A DNA stretch of 64,000 nucleotides from Candidatus Poribacteria bacterium. Lineage in GTDB: Bacteria > Poribacteria > WGA-4E > PCPOR2b. A program made the position numbers and the translations under genes. Under the pieces are notes generated by a model. That model did no database searches. It saw only the letters and a list, made by a program, of their open reading frames with translations, and had not been told where the DNA came from. The stretch covers positions 1,376,001-1,440,000 of the forward strand of contig OZ242351.1 in assembly GCA_965208675.1 (NCBI GenBank), read 5' to 3'. This document shows positions 45,662 to 55,981 of this stretch, piece after piece; position 1 is the first letter of the stretch, and each line of letters starts with the position of its first letter.

Positions 45662-47044
45662 TTACACCAATTTGGTTCTCATTTCATGAATATCAATCCC
45701 AAGTTCCGAGAGTGCTGCACCCACGAGATAAATCGAACCCGTGATACAAATTAAATCGGACGGGGTTGCAACGGATAGAGCAAAATCAATGGCTTCGCCC
45801 ACACAATTTTCAGACCGAATCTCCGGATTAAAATCCGACCAGGCATTAACCACTTCCCCAGCAGGCATTACGCGCGGGTTATCAATTGCCTGCGTGGCGA
45901 TGATGATGTCCGCAATTGGGCATAAGATTCTTCCGATTGCGCGGATATCCTTATCTTTCATCAAACCGGCGATAAGGATAATACGTTCATATCGAATTAC
46001 CTCCTGAATCGTCTCGCAAAGCGCCGCGGTTGAAGTTGGCGAATGGGCACCGTCCAGCAAAATTAACGGCGCCTCGTCAGTGGATGCGTTTTGTGTGATT
46101 GAAACAACTTGCATTCGCCCGGGCAGTCTAACGGCTTCCAATCCATCGTAGACACAACCTTTAGGAATAAAATGCCCTTCACTCTTGATTCGTTCAATGC
46201 AGGCTAGCGCGGTGGCAGCGTTAACCGCTTGGTGCTGACCGAGGAGCGGCAGAAACAATTTTGGATAATACTCAGTTAGCGTATTTACTTCTAGCGTCTG
46301 ACCACGTATGTTCCAAGTCTTACGCTTAAAACTAATGTCATATCCGACCCTATCAATTCCAGCGAGCCGTGCCGCAGCAACGGATTCAAAGACATTTTCG
46401 GATTCAGGCTCTTGGGGCGCCAACACAAGCGGGCAACCGTGCTTAATAATCTCGGCTTTTTCTTTAGCGATAGCTTCGAGCGTATCGCCCAGTATTGCAG
46501 TATGTTCAAGACTCACCGGCGTGATTACGGTAACGAACGGCTGCACAACATTTGTCGCATCTAGCCGCCCACCGAGTCCCACTTCCACAACCGCGAAATC
46601 AACCGCATTGTCGGCAAAATAGCAGAAGGCAAGCGCTGTATAGATTTCAAAAAATGAAACCGCCCCCACTGCGTTCATCCCTGCGACAGCTTCAATTGCG
46701 GGTTTCATTTTATTGAGGTATTCAGCGAACTCGTCCTCTGAAATCAGCTTGGCGTCTACACAACAACGCTCGCGGGGAGTTATAAAGTGGGGTGATGTAA
46801 ATGCCCCGGTTTTGTATCCCGCATGGGTGAGAATTGACGCAATGATTGCGGCTGTAGACCCCTTCCCTTTACTGCCGCCGATATGGATAACCTTTAGATT
46901 GCGATGGGGGTTTCCGAGCAGATGCAACAGGTGGGAAATGCGATTGAGGTTATAAAACCGCGCTTGCCTTGAGAAATCGGGACTCTTCTCATAGTTGATG
47001 AAGCTGTCAATATAAGCAAGAGCCGATTCATAATTTAGCATCAA
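45662..47044 (-). CDS. folC: Folylpolyglutamate synthase/dihydrofolate synthase
   Basis: GSKGKGST, TSPH, EVGLGGRLDATN, DGAH and TGSIYLVG. Confidence 0.95.
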   Translation of the reverse strand: MMLNYESALAYIDSFINYEKSPDFSRQARFYNLNRISHLLHLLGNPHRNLKVIHIGGSKGKGSTAAIIASILTHAGYKTGAFTSPHFITPRERCCVDAKLISEDEFAEYLNKMKPAIEAVAGMNAVGAVSFFEIYTALAFCYFADNAVDFAVVEVGLGGRLDATNVVQPFVTVITPVSLEHTAILGDTLEAIAKEKAEIIKHGCPLVLAPQEPESENVFESVAAARLAGIDRVGYDISFKRKTWNIRGQTLEVNTLTEYYPKLFLPLLGQHQAVNAATALACIERIKSEGHFIPKGCVYDGLEAVRLPGRMQVVSITQNASTDEAPLILLDGAHSPTSTAALCETIQEVIRYERIILIAGLMKDKDIRAIGRILCPIADIIIATQAIDNPRVMPAGEVVNAWSDFNPEIRSENCVGEAIDFALSVATPSDLICITGSIYLVGAALSELGIDIHEMRTKLV

Positions 47045-47202
47045 ATTTAAAAGACTTAATAAGGAGCGCGATGCTCCTCAATGGCGGGTAAAACTACCGA
47101 TCCATCAACCGACTAGGGAACACGAAAACTTTTTCCATAGGGTTAAAACTAACGCCCGCGTTATGTAGCCGGTTGATCGTTCTGTTGATGGTTGCACAAG
47201 AT

Positions 47203-48465
47203 TCATGACCATAAATTGAGGTCTTCATAGATGGGAAACTGCTCACACAATTCCCGGACTTTTTCTCTGATACGGCTTTTGACCGTGGTGCTCTTCCGCT
47301 CTCGAAGTGCTTCACCAATGAAATCGCCTATCAATTGCATTTCCGTCTCTTTCATTCCGCGTACCGTCACCATCGGGGTACCAAGGCGAATACCGCTTGT
47401 GGTGACCGGTGAGCGTTTATCGAACGGAATTGTATTTTTGTTGACGACAATTCCCGCCTCCTCAAGGTGATTTGCGGTTTGACGACCGCTCAGTTTTTCA
47501 AAGGTGGCTGTTAGATCGACTATCATTAAATGATTATCAGTACCGCCGCTCACTAAGCGAAACTCATTCTCAATGAGGCGTTGAGCTAACGCTTTAGCGT
47601 TTTTTACAACTTGCTTTTGATACGCCTTGAATGCGGGTTCCATAGCCTCCTTGAAGCCGACTGCTTTCGCAGCGATTGCATGCATGAAGGGACCGCCCTG
47701 CAAACCGGGCATTACGGCCCGATCAATGGCTTCGGCAAACTCATTGCGGCACATGATGATTGCGCCGCGCGGGCCGCGCAAGGTTTTGTGAGTGGTTGTT
47801 GTAATGAAGTCGGAATATGGGACTGGATCCGGATGGAGATCTGCTGCGATTAGCCCAGCAATATGCGCAATATCTGCCAAAAGATAGGCATCAACGGAGT
47901 CAGCGATTTCTTGCCATTGAGCGAAATCAAACCATCGCGGATAGGCGCTCGCACCGACTATTATGAGTTTTGGACGATGTTTTTCTGCTAACGCTGCAAT
48001 GCCGTTCATGTTGATTCGCTCGGACTCTTTATCCACACCATAAGGAACAACATTATAATACCTACCGGAGAAATTCTGCGGGAGTCCATGACTGAGATGT
48101 CCGCCGTGATCGAGTTTCATTGCCAGGATGGTATCTCCCGGCTCAAGCAGCGCATGGTATACTGCCATGTTCGCTTGCGTACCGGCGTGCGCTTGGACAT
48201 TTACATGCGCCGCGCCAAATAGCCGCTTGGCACGTTCAATCGCGAGCGTCTCAATCTGATCTATAAACTCGCAGCCGTTGTAATATCGGTCGCCAGGGTA
48301 GCCTTCGGCATACTTATTGGCAAGGATACTACTCTGCATCTGCATAACCGCTTGGCTGGCGTAATTTTCCGAAGGAATCAGCGTTAAGCAGTTTTGCTGA
48401 CGATGCAAATCCCGGCGCATGATATCAACAATCTGGGGATCGAAATCAATCAGTGATTTGTTCAT
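47203..48465 (-). CDS. glyA: Serine hydroxymethyltransferase
   Basis: [32 protein letters not shown] and GGTDNH. Confidence 0.97.
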   Translation of the reverse strand: MNKSLIDFDPQIVDIMRRDLHRQQNCLTLIPSENYASQAVMQMQSSILANKYAEGYPGDRYYNGCEFIDQIETLAIERAKRLFGAAHVNVQAHAGTQANMAVYHALLEPGDTILAMKLDHGGHLSHGLPQNFSGRYYNVVPYGVDKESERINMNGIAALAEKHRPKLIIVGASAYPRWFDFAQWQEIADSVDAYLLADIAHIAGLIAADLHPDPVPYSDFITTTTHKTLRGPRGAIIMCRNEFAEAIDRAVMPGLQGGPFMHAIAAKAVGFKEAMEPAFKAYQKQVVKNAKALAQRLIENEFRLVSGGTDNHLMIVDLTATFEKLSGRQTANHLEEAGIVVNKNTIPFDKRSPVTTSGIRLGTPMVTVRGMKETEMQLIGDFIGEALRERKSTTVKSRIREKVRELCEQFPIYEDLNLWS

Positions 48466-48558
48466 TGTAATAGCATTCTCACCGCAATGATTGGGATTTC
48501 AACCTCGTGTGCGGATGGTAAGGTAGGCGCTGGAATGTTGGTTGGCAATCTGTGTGGC

Positions 48559-49815
48559 CTAATCGATTAGTTTGAGCGCTTTTTCTATTGTGGCTTTGAG
48601 GCTTTCATCGCCGGACTTTTCTACCAGCTCCAACGCAGTGTTCAAATCTTGCTTAGCCGCCCAAGTGCGGCCGACTATGACCTTTACGGCTCCCCGATTG
48701 TTGTATGCCTCGGCATAATCGGGTTTCAGCCGGATTGCCTCGTCATAATCGGAAATAGCCGCGAAATGTTTGCCTAATTTATATTTTGCAATTCCCCTGC
48801 TGTTGAATGCCTCGGCATATTCTGGTTTCAGCCGGATTGCCATATCGTAATCTACAATGGCGGAGGCGTGATCCCCCGATCTACCCTTGGTAACGCCTCG
48901 ATTATGGTATGCCTCGGTGTAATCAGGTTTTAGTAAGATTGCTGTGTTATAATCGGCGATGCCAGCGAAGAATTTTCCCAATCTACCCTTAGCCATTCCC
49001 CGATTGTTATACGCCTCGGCATAACCGGCATTCAGTCGAATTGCCTCCGTATAAGCAGCGATGGCTTCACTATAGTTGCCAAGCGTATGGCATACATCGC
49101 CTCGGATAAAATACGTTTTGGCAGAAATGGATCCGCGCGGCAAAGGTTTCGCGGGCTCAGACTGTTCAAGCAGCGCTTTGAGATAGTTTGAAGGAATGGC
49201 AATATTCAGATTTTGCCCGCCTTCTATAGTCATGAAAGAGACCCCGATAACTTCACCCTTTGCGTTTAAGACGGGGCCGCCGCTGCTACCCGGGGAAACG
49301 GGCGCGGTCATCTGAATTCGTTTTTGGGTGTGCCGTTCATTGAAATTACTGATGATACCATTTGAGAACGTCCCCTCCGGGCCACTCGGATTGCCGGCAA
49401 CATAAACCGTTTCGCCAATTTTGACCGAATCGCTGTCACCGAGTTGAAGCGGATCGACGCCAAACGCGGTGACCTTTAGGAGCGCGAGGTCGTTGTTTTT
49501 GTCGGCGGCAAATACGCCTTCGATGGTATATCTCGTGTATGTGCCGGCCTGTTTTGCGCTGCCTCTTGCCACTCCCTCAATAACGTGGAAGTTGGTAGCG
49601 ATGCGGTTCTGCCCAACGAAAAACCCGCTGCCGGTTGTGAGGGTTCTGCCATTCCTATCATCCATCTTTAAATGCACCGTAGCAGCTACGGCTTTTTTGG
49701 CAATCTCCTCCTCGGTTTGCGCATTTGACGCAGCTAATAGACAGAAGGGAAGAAACCCCAAAGCTGTGAAACGAAAGCACGCTAATCTTGGAATTCTCAT
49801 AACCGTGTCCATCAT
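48559..49815 (-). CDS. Secreted trypsin-like serine protease with C-terminal TPR repeats
   Basis: GSGF, TNFHV, NDLAL and PGSSGGP triad; about five 34-aa repeats of the type AIRLKPDYAEAYNNRG. Confidence 0.9.
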   Translation of the reverse strand: MMDTVMRIPRLACFRFTALGFLPFCLLAASNAQTEEEIAKKAVAATVHLKMDDRNGRTLTTGSGFFVGQNRIATNFHVIEGVARGSAKQAGTYTRYTIEGVFAADKNNDLALLKVTAFGVDPLQLGDSDSVKIGETVYVAGNPSGPEGTFSNGIISNFNERHTQKRIQMTAPVSPGSSGGPVLNAKGEVIGVSFMTIEGGQNLNIAIPSNYLKALLEQSEPAKPLPRGSISAKTYFIRGDVCHTLGNYSEAIAAYTEAIRLNAGYAEAYNNRGMAKGRLGKFFAGIADYNTAILLKPDYTEAYHNRGVTKGRSGDHASAIVDYDMAIRLKPEYAEAFNSRGIAKYKLGKHFAAISDYDEAIRLKPDYAEAYNNRGAVKVIVGRTWAAKQDLNTALELVEKSGDESLKATIEKALKLID

Positions 49816-49932
49816 CGTCAGTTAGTTGATAGCTATGACTCAAGGAATTCGCATGGCCGGTAATGTTAGGTATGTCAGATTGTAACACAGATACCAGCTA
49901 GTTTCAAGAGAAATATCTATTCAGAGCAGCGG

Positions 49933-51603
49933 TTATCGGCGTCGCGCGATCGCGCTTATCAGTTGACTTAACTCTCCAATTTTGAGGAATTTTGCGAGAC
50001 AAACTAAAACAGCAACTCCTATCCCAATCGGGACAAACACGCCGAATGCCCTTGCGAAGAGATTGGCGATCCCGATCCATTCCTCAATCCATACGTTCGT
50101 CCGCCAGCAAATGAAGCCCATCGCTGTAGATACCGCCACGGTTTTTACAAGCATTCTCCATATCCCGCGCAGTCCCAATCCGCCGGTTCTGTGACGCAAA
50201 ACAATGAGAAGAATTATACAGTTTAGAGTGATTGTACAGGATGTGGATAGCGCCAAGGAGCGGTGTCCGAAATTGAACTGGAAAATAAGAAGATAGTTCA
50301 GCACAATATTTAGTGCGACTGCACAAAGACTTACCACGGCGGGCGTGCGCGTGTCTTTGAAGGCAAAAAAGCCATCCGACGCAATCTTGACTATTGAGAA
50401 GCCGCACAATCCAAAGGCATAGCAAAACAGAGCACCCGCCGTTTCGCTTGTGTCAATCGCACCAGTTTTTCCCCACTCAAAAACAAGCCGGCATACCGGC
50501 TCACCCAACACCATCAAGCCAACCGAGGCCGGCAGCGTCAACAACAAGATTAGCCGCAGGGCGTAAGAAAACGAACGACGGAAGTTATCAACTTCACCGC
50601 GCGCAACTAATTTAGAAAGGTTCGGGAGTGCAGCGGTAGAAATCGCTACGCCAAAAATCCCGATTGGCAGGTGCATCAGTCGAAATGCCCGAATTATCCA
50701 CGTCATCCAGCCTTTGCCTTCCGATGCAAAAATTGAGTTTACGAACAGATTCACCTGTAGTGCGGCGACGCCCAGAATCATAGGCAAAATCAGGCGGATT
50801 ACCTGTTTCACCCGATCGTCGCGGAAGCTGATCGCCAGCCGATAGCGAAATCCACACCGCCGCATTAACGGAATTTGAATTATGAATTGCAGCGCGCCGC
50901 CTACGAGTACACCGAACGCCATACCTGTTACAGGGTGAAGTCCCATGCGAGGGAGGGTGTAATACCCCCAAACACCTATAACAATCGATCCGAGATTAAA
51001 GAACAGTGAAGCGCAGGCGGGAACGCCGAATTTCCCTTTACTGTTAAGTAACCCCATGGCAACTGCCGCGAGTGAAACCAAGATGAGGAAGGGGAACATA
51101 ATTCGCGCGAGATAAACCGTCAAATCTCGTTTGCTGCTAATTCCGGCGTGTTCTGAAGGGTCTAGGGCAACATCTTGAAACCCTTTGCCAACAAACAGTA
51201 TATCCACGATAAGCGGTGCGGCGAGCACACAAATCAGCGTAAGCGCCATGAGGACTACCGCTGTTATATTGAAAACTCGGCTCGCTAGCCGCCATGCGGC
51301 GTCTTGCCCATCTTCTACGTCGGTCGCCGTAAACGCTGCAATAAATGCCTTGCTCAATACGCCTTCGCCGAAAAGATCCCGCATTAGGTTCGGGATACGG
51401 AAAGCGGCGTAGAACGCGTCGGCACTGGTTGCTGAAACAAAAAAATAGGCAATCACCTGCTCTCGGACAAGCCCTAGCAGGCGCGACGCCATTACGGCGA
51501 TGCTAACAATTCCCGCCGATCGGGTAATGCTTTTTTCATCTTCGCCGGTAAGTGAAGACACATGATGGTTTTCGTTTGTCATTTCGCCAAATGTGGGGTA
51601 CAC
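49933..51603 (-). CDS. murJ: Lipid II flippase MurJ
   Basis: SRLLGLVRE, DAFYAAFRIPNLMRDLFGEG, RLMHLPIG and DTRTP. Confidence 0.95.
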   Translation of the reverse strand: MYPTFGEMTNENHHVSSLTGEDEKSITRSAGIVSIAVMASRLLGLVREQVIAYFFVSATSADAFYAAFRIPNLMRDLFGEGVLSKAFIAAFTATDVEDGQDAAWRLASRVFNITAVVLMALTLICVLAAPLIVDILFVGKGFQDVALDPSEHAGISSKRDLTVYLARIMFPFLILVSLAAVAMGLLNSKGKFGVPACASLFFNLGSIVIGVWGYYTLPRMGLHPVTGMAFGVLVGGALQFIIQIPLMRRCGFRYRLAISFRDDRVKQVIRLILPMILGVAALQVNLFVNSIFASEGKGWMTWIIRAFRLMHLPIGIFGVAISTAALPNLSKLVARGEVDNFRRSFSYALRLILLLTLPASVGLMVLGEPVCRLVFEWGKTGAIDTSETAGALFCYAFGLCGFSIVKIASDGFFAFKDTRTPAVVSLCAVALNIVLNYLLIFQFNFGHRSLALSTSCTITLNCIILLIVLRHRTGGLGLRGIWRMLVKTVAVSTAMGFICWRTNVWIEEWIGIANLFARAFGVFVPIGIGVAVLVCLAKFLKIGELSQLISAIARRR

Positions 51604-51684
51604 TCTATGAGATCAGAATCATACTTCTTAATATATGACAACGCCTCTATTGTCGTAATGGTTCATTTTTTGGAAAAGAGAGAA

Positions 51685-52071
51685 ATGACGATGCCGCGCA
51701 AGCGATTTTTTACCGTGGAAGAAGCTAACCAACTTATTCCGACGTTGGAACAATACATTGGAGCGTTAAAGTCGCTTCGCCTGGAGCTTGAGGCGGTGGG
51801 GGCAATATTGACTCCCTTGTTTGAGATAGTCCACCACAACGGCGGACATCCCAAAACACCCCAGTTTATCCAAGCCGTCGTTCAATTCCACGAAATTGTC
51901 GAACGCATCCATTCGCACGGCTGCCTGTTGAAGGGTGTAGATGAAGGATTAATTGACTTTCCGCACTTGCGGAAGGGCAGGGAAGTCTACCTCTGCTGGA
52001 AGTCAGGGGAGAAAGAAATTGGCTACTGGCACGATCTTGAGGCAGGTGCGGCAGGAAGGCAACCGCTTTAG
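51685..52071 (+). CDS. DUF2203 family protein
   Basis: FTVEEANQLIP...LKGVDEGLIDFP...VYLCWKSGE...WHDLEAGAAGRQPL. Confidence 0.85.
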   Translation: MTMPRKRFFTVEEANQLIPTLEQYIGALKSLRLELEAVGAILTPLFEIVHHNGGHPKTPQFIQAVVQFHEIVERIHSHGCLLKGVDEGLIDFPHLRKGREVYLCWKSGEKEIGYWHDLEAGAAGRQPL

Positions 52072-52246
52072 CATGACACATGCAAAGTTTAACAGAATAC
52101 CAATTGGCAGGTATCTTCTTAGCTCAACGGATACAGGATACAGCTGATATTTAGAACGACGCTTGGGGTTACGTTCGGACGCGAGTGTTCCTCCTAAAAT
52201 GTCTTACCTATTTTAACACTGAGGACATTTCTTTAGAGGCCGCTTT

Positions 52247-52885
52247 TTACGGCGATATTCGTTCAATCCGCCAATCACCATTCGGTTGGCGGGTGTATCG
52301 AATGCGGTCGTGCAGCCGGTTCGGGCGGCCGCTCCAGAACTCAATCATGTTGGGTGACAAGCAGTAGCCACCCCAATTTGACGGCAGCGGGATTTCCTCG
52401 CCCTGATATTGTGCGGCTAACTGTTTGAATCGCTCTTCCAGTACGTTGCGGCTGGGGACGACGTGGCTCTGTCTTGAGGCTAACGCAGCCAACCGGCTTC
52501 CGACAGGCCGGTTCCGAAAATAATGGTTGGAGGTTTCACGAGAAACCTTGCTAACCCGTCCAGTGATACGCACCTGCCGATCCAGTCCACGCCAATGAAA
52601 AACGAGCGCTGCAGTCGGGTTTTCCGCGAGTTCCCTCCCTTTTTGGCTTCCGTAGTCCGTATAAAATACAAAGCCCCGCTCATCGCGGCCCCGAAGCAGC
52701 ACAGTCCTCGCTGAAGGTACACCGTCCTTCGTTGCCGTCGCAAGCGTCATCGCGTCTGGCAAATCAATTTTTGCGTCAATTGCCTCTTGAAACCACACCT
52801 CAAACTGATAAAAAGGATTCGCATCAATGTGTCGCTCGTCCAATCCGGCATCGGTATATTCCCTGCGAAGTTCAGACATGTTCAA
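52247..52885 (-). CDS. pdxH: Pyridoxamine 5'-phosphate oxidase
   Basis: LRREY, PSARTVLL, RQVR, ASRQS, WGGY and EFWSGRPNRLHDR. Confidence 0.95.
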   Translation of the reverse strand: MNMSELRREYTDAGLDERHIDANPFYQFEVWFQEAIDAKIDLPDAMTLATATKDGVPSARTVLLRGRDERGFVFYTDYGSQKGRELAENPTAALVFHWRGLDRQVRITGRVSKVSRETSNHYFRNRPVGSRLAALASRQSHVVPSRNVLEERFKQLAAQYQGEEIPLPSNWGGYCLSPNMIEFWSGRPNRLHDRIRYTRQPNGDWRIERISP

Positions 52886-52901
52886 GGAGATTTCCCTGCG
52901 G

Positions 52902-53681
52902 CTAACACTTTATGAAAACTAACAGATCAAACGCTTCGACCACCGGCGATGGCTCTATTTCATTTTCCGCAGCCGCTTTCATCTCAAGCAACCCCGCTTG
53001 AAACTCCTCATCGGAAATGAACTCAAACGTTGACATTGATTTCGACTTGATACGTTGGTAGTACGCTTTAAGACTGCCGTTCATTTGCTGCTCGATGCGT
53101 ACCAGATCAACCTTCTCAAAACCGTTGGCGGCGAAAGCCGCTTCAACCCAGTCAACACTCGGCAAATTGCGGTTATCTACTGCCCAAGCGCTAGGGAAGA
53201 ATTCGTGGTATTTAGCTCTAGCCATCCTACCCGTGAACCCATTTCGGATAAACACGAGACCGTCCGGTTTTAGCGCACGATGTAACTCCCCGCAGGCTAG
53301 AGCAATGTCATCAAAGTGGTGGATTGCCATTGACAGGAAAGCAAAATCGCACTGCTGTTCGTCTACGGGTATGCGTTCAGCCTTTCCCTTAATATACGAA
53401 ACCCTTTGGTCTGTATTACTTTCCTCCGCGATTGCCCGCATCTTGTCCGACGGTTCGACTCCAATGACGCATGCATGAAAGTACTTCGCCAAATGGGGTG
53501 CAAATCGGCCGGTTCCAGATCCAAGATCGAGAATGGTACCACCTTTCGGTTTAGGAAGATACTTCGCGATTGCCTCCATCCAGCGGCGGATTGTTTCATC
53601 TGAAAGCACACGCCCCCGCTGATAGTTCTTGTAAAGCTCCCGATCATAATCTACTTTTTCCATGCAGTTACCAAGGTTCAC
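52902..53681 (-). CDS. Class I SAM-dependent methyltransferase
   Basis: ILDLGSGTG, GVEPS, IHHF and LKPDG; overlaps the leuB stop codon. Confidence 0.88.
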   Translation of the reverse strand: MNLGNCMEKVDYDRELYKNYQRGRVLSDETIRRWMEAIAKYLPKPKGGTILDLGSGTGRFAPHLAKYFHACVIGVEPSDKMRAIAEESNTDQRVSYIKGKAERIPVDEQQCDFAFLSMAIHHFDDIALACGELHRALKPDGLVFIRNGFTGRMARAKYHEFFPSAWAVDNRNLPSVDWVEAAFAANGFEKVDLVRIEQQMNGSLKAYYQRIKSKSMSTFEFISDEEFQAGLLEMKAAAENEIEPSPVVEAFDLLVFIKC

Positions 53682-54763
53682 GAGTCCTGTTGAATTTCCG
53701 CAATAATTGCATCTGTCATTTCGACAGTGCCAACCGTCTGCAACCCCGGCTGTTGGATATCGACAGTGCGGAATCCCTTGTCAATGGCACGGTCAACGGC
53801 GTTTTCAACCTCCACTGCCTCATTGTTGAGATTGAAAGTGTGACGAAGCAGCAGCGCCGCGCTTAGGATGGCGGCGATTGGATTGGCGATGCCATTTCCT
53901 GCGATGTCCGGCGCCGTGCCGTGGATTGGTTCATATAATCCCTGAATTGAATGGCCGTAGCTTGCCGAAGGACACATTCCCAGGGAACCCACCAAGGCGC
54001 CGGCTTCATCAGAGAGAATATCTCCGAAGATATTGCCAGTTACTATAACGTCAAATTGGCTCGGATTCTGAATGATGAAATATGCGCACGCATCAATTAG
54101 AATATGCTCCATTTCCACGTCAGGAAAATCCAGACTGACTTTAGCTGCGACCTCACGCCACAGCCTTGAACTTTCAAGCATGTTCTCTTTCGTCACGGAT
54201 GTCAGCTTTTTAGATCGCTTTCTCGCCAGCTCAAAACTTGCACGAACCACACGATCGACTTCTCTGGTCGTGTAAGACATGGTATTGAACCCGCGTTCGC
54301 CGTCAGCTTCCTTCACGAATCCTCTGGGTTCGCCGTAGTAGATGCCGCCAGCCAACTCGCGGATGACGACAAAATCTAGACCTTCACCGATAAGGTCTGC
54401 CTTAACAGGCAAAACGGGAGCAAGCGCTTTCCTACCCCGAATCGGGCGGAGGTTCACAAAGAGATCCAACTCCTTGCGAATGGCTGCAACCGCTCGTTCC
54501 GGGCGTTCTTCACTGGGCACATCATCCCAACTAGGCCCACCCGCGGCGCCAAACAAAATTGCATCGGACAACTTGCAAAGATCTATCGTTTCGGGCGGCA
54601 GAGCCGTCCCCACCTGATCAATAGCACAGCCGCCGATTAGGGCGTGTTCGTATTCAAAGCGATGTCCATATTTTTCTTGAATTGCGTTTAACACTCGAAC
54701 TGCTTCGGTGGTTACCTCTTGTCCGATTCCGTCTCCGGGCAACACACTAATTTTTGCGTCCAT
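53678..54763 (-). CDS. leuB: 3-isopropylmalate dehydrogenase
   Basis: [30 protein letters not shown] and [12 protein letters not shown]. Confidence 0.93.
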   Translation of the reverse strand: MDAKISVLPGDGIGQEVTTEAVRVLNAIQEKYGHRFEYEHALIGGCAIDQVGTALPPETIDLCKLSDAILFGAAGGPSWDDVPSEERPERAVAAIRKELDLFVNLRPIRGRKALAPVLPVKADLIGEGLDFVVIRELAGGIYYGEPRGFVKEADGERGFNTMSYTTREVDRVVRASFELARKRSKKLTSVTKENMLESSRLWREVAAKVSLDFPDVEMEHILIDACAYFIIQNPSQFDVIVTGNIFGDILSDEAGALVGSLGMCPSASYGHSIQGLYEPIHGTAPDIAGNGIANPIAAILSAALLLRHTFNLNNEAVEVENAVDRAIDKGFRTVDIQQPGLQTVGTVEMTDAIIAEIQQDS

Positions 54764-54859
54764 TCATTTCTCCATCATCTATTGTTGATAAATTTTCAAT
54801 TGCTTGGATTTTTGGGTGGGTCTATTTATAAAATAGCTTTCGATTAGCACAAGCACTCA

Positions 54860-55975
54860 TTACATTTTAAGATAACTCAAGGCGGTCACAAGAATATAGG
54901 CAGCGATAAGGATAACGCCGAAGGGCCGCTTCAACCTGTCTCCCGATGCAAATATCCCAACCCGAAAAACGACCAAGATGAATAACATTAGCGGGAAAAG
55001 GAGTTTGAAAAAGTGCGGCGGTGCTTCCAATCCGCCGCTTGTCACTGCGGCAGCCGCGCCAGCGACAAAAAGAACGTTGAGGATATCGGCGCCGATGACG
55101 TTTCCAACGGCGAGTCCCCCGTGTCCCTTTCGCGCAGCGGTGACGGCGGTAACGAACTCGGGAAGCGAGGTGCCGAACGCCACCAATGTGGCGGCAATGA
55201 TGCTTTCGGGTACATTTACTCTTTCGGCGACAATCTTGACAGACGGTATCAGCACCGATGACGCGCAAACCACCAATATTATGCCGAACAATAATCTAAT
55301 GACGACCAGAAAGGTATTGGCAGGACTATCCTCGTGATGTTCTTCCGCTGCGCCGCCAGCATCGCGTGACCAGCGAATAGACTGCCACATGTACACAACG
55401 AGCAATACAAGAAAGACAAATCCCATGAACCGGGGAAGCCGACCGCCGGTGTCAAAAGTTTCATTCAATGAACCAAAAGGGAGACAGGCAATTACCAGCA
55501 GAAACCCTGCTCCTAATTGGATCCAACCTTGACGATTGACAATTTTTCTATTGAGAGGCAGCGGTGCAATCAGTGCCGCGGTGCCTAGAATGAGGCCGGT
55601 ATCGCAAATGATTGAACCAACGGCGTTGCCGAGCGCAATATCCGGATCGCCCTGAATAGCGGCGAATACGGAAACAGCAGCTTCAGGCGTTGTTGTTCCA
55701 AGGCTGACAATTGTCGCACCGATAAGCGTTTGCGGGACACCCCACCGCGTTGAAAGGGTGACGGCTTGCGCCACCAGCATATCTGCCCCTTTCCCAAGGA
55801 GATAAAGCGTGACTGCGATAATGACAAACAGCCAGACTGTGTGGAGATTTCCAATCTTGGATTCAATCCAACCGTCGATTCCGTGAGCCTCATGAGTTTC
55901 CGCAGGGTCCCCATGTGCGATTAGACTGAAGAAGAGGAGTACAAAGATTAAAGCACCGAATGATTTTCGTGTCAT
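54860..55975 (-). CDS. Ca2+/Na+ (CaCA, YrbG-like) antiporter
   Basis: Alpha repeats GTTTPE and GTSLPE; GNAVGS and GNVIG. Confidence 0.9.
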   Translation of the reverse strand: MTRKSFGALIFVLLFFSLIAHGDPAETHEAHGIDGWIESKIGNLHTVWLFVIIAVTLYLLGKGADMLVAQAVTLSTRWGVPQTLIGATIVSLGTTTPEAAVSVFAAIQGDPDIALGNAVGSIICDTGLILGTAALIAPLPLNRKIVNRQGWIQLGAGFLLVIACLPFGSLNETFDTGGRLPRFMGFVFLVLLVVYMWQSIRWSRDAGGAAEEHHEDSPANTFLVVIRLLFGIILVVCASSVLIPSVKIVAERVNVPESIIAATLVAFGTSLPEFVTAVTAARKGHGGLAVGNVIGADILNVLFVAGAAAAVTSGGLEAPPHFFKLLFPLMLFILVVFRVGIFASGDRLKRPFGVILIAAYILVTALSYLKM

Positions 55976-55981
55976 ATTATG

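Noticed and set aside
48600-49100. DNA repeats with about 102-bp periodicity, as a possible CRISPR array
   Set aside because: They are in-frame 34-aa TPR coding repeats, degenerate and without unique spacers.
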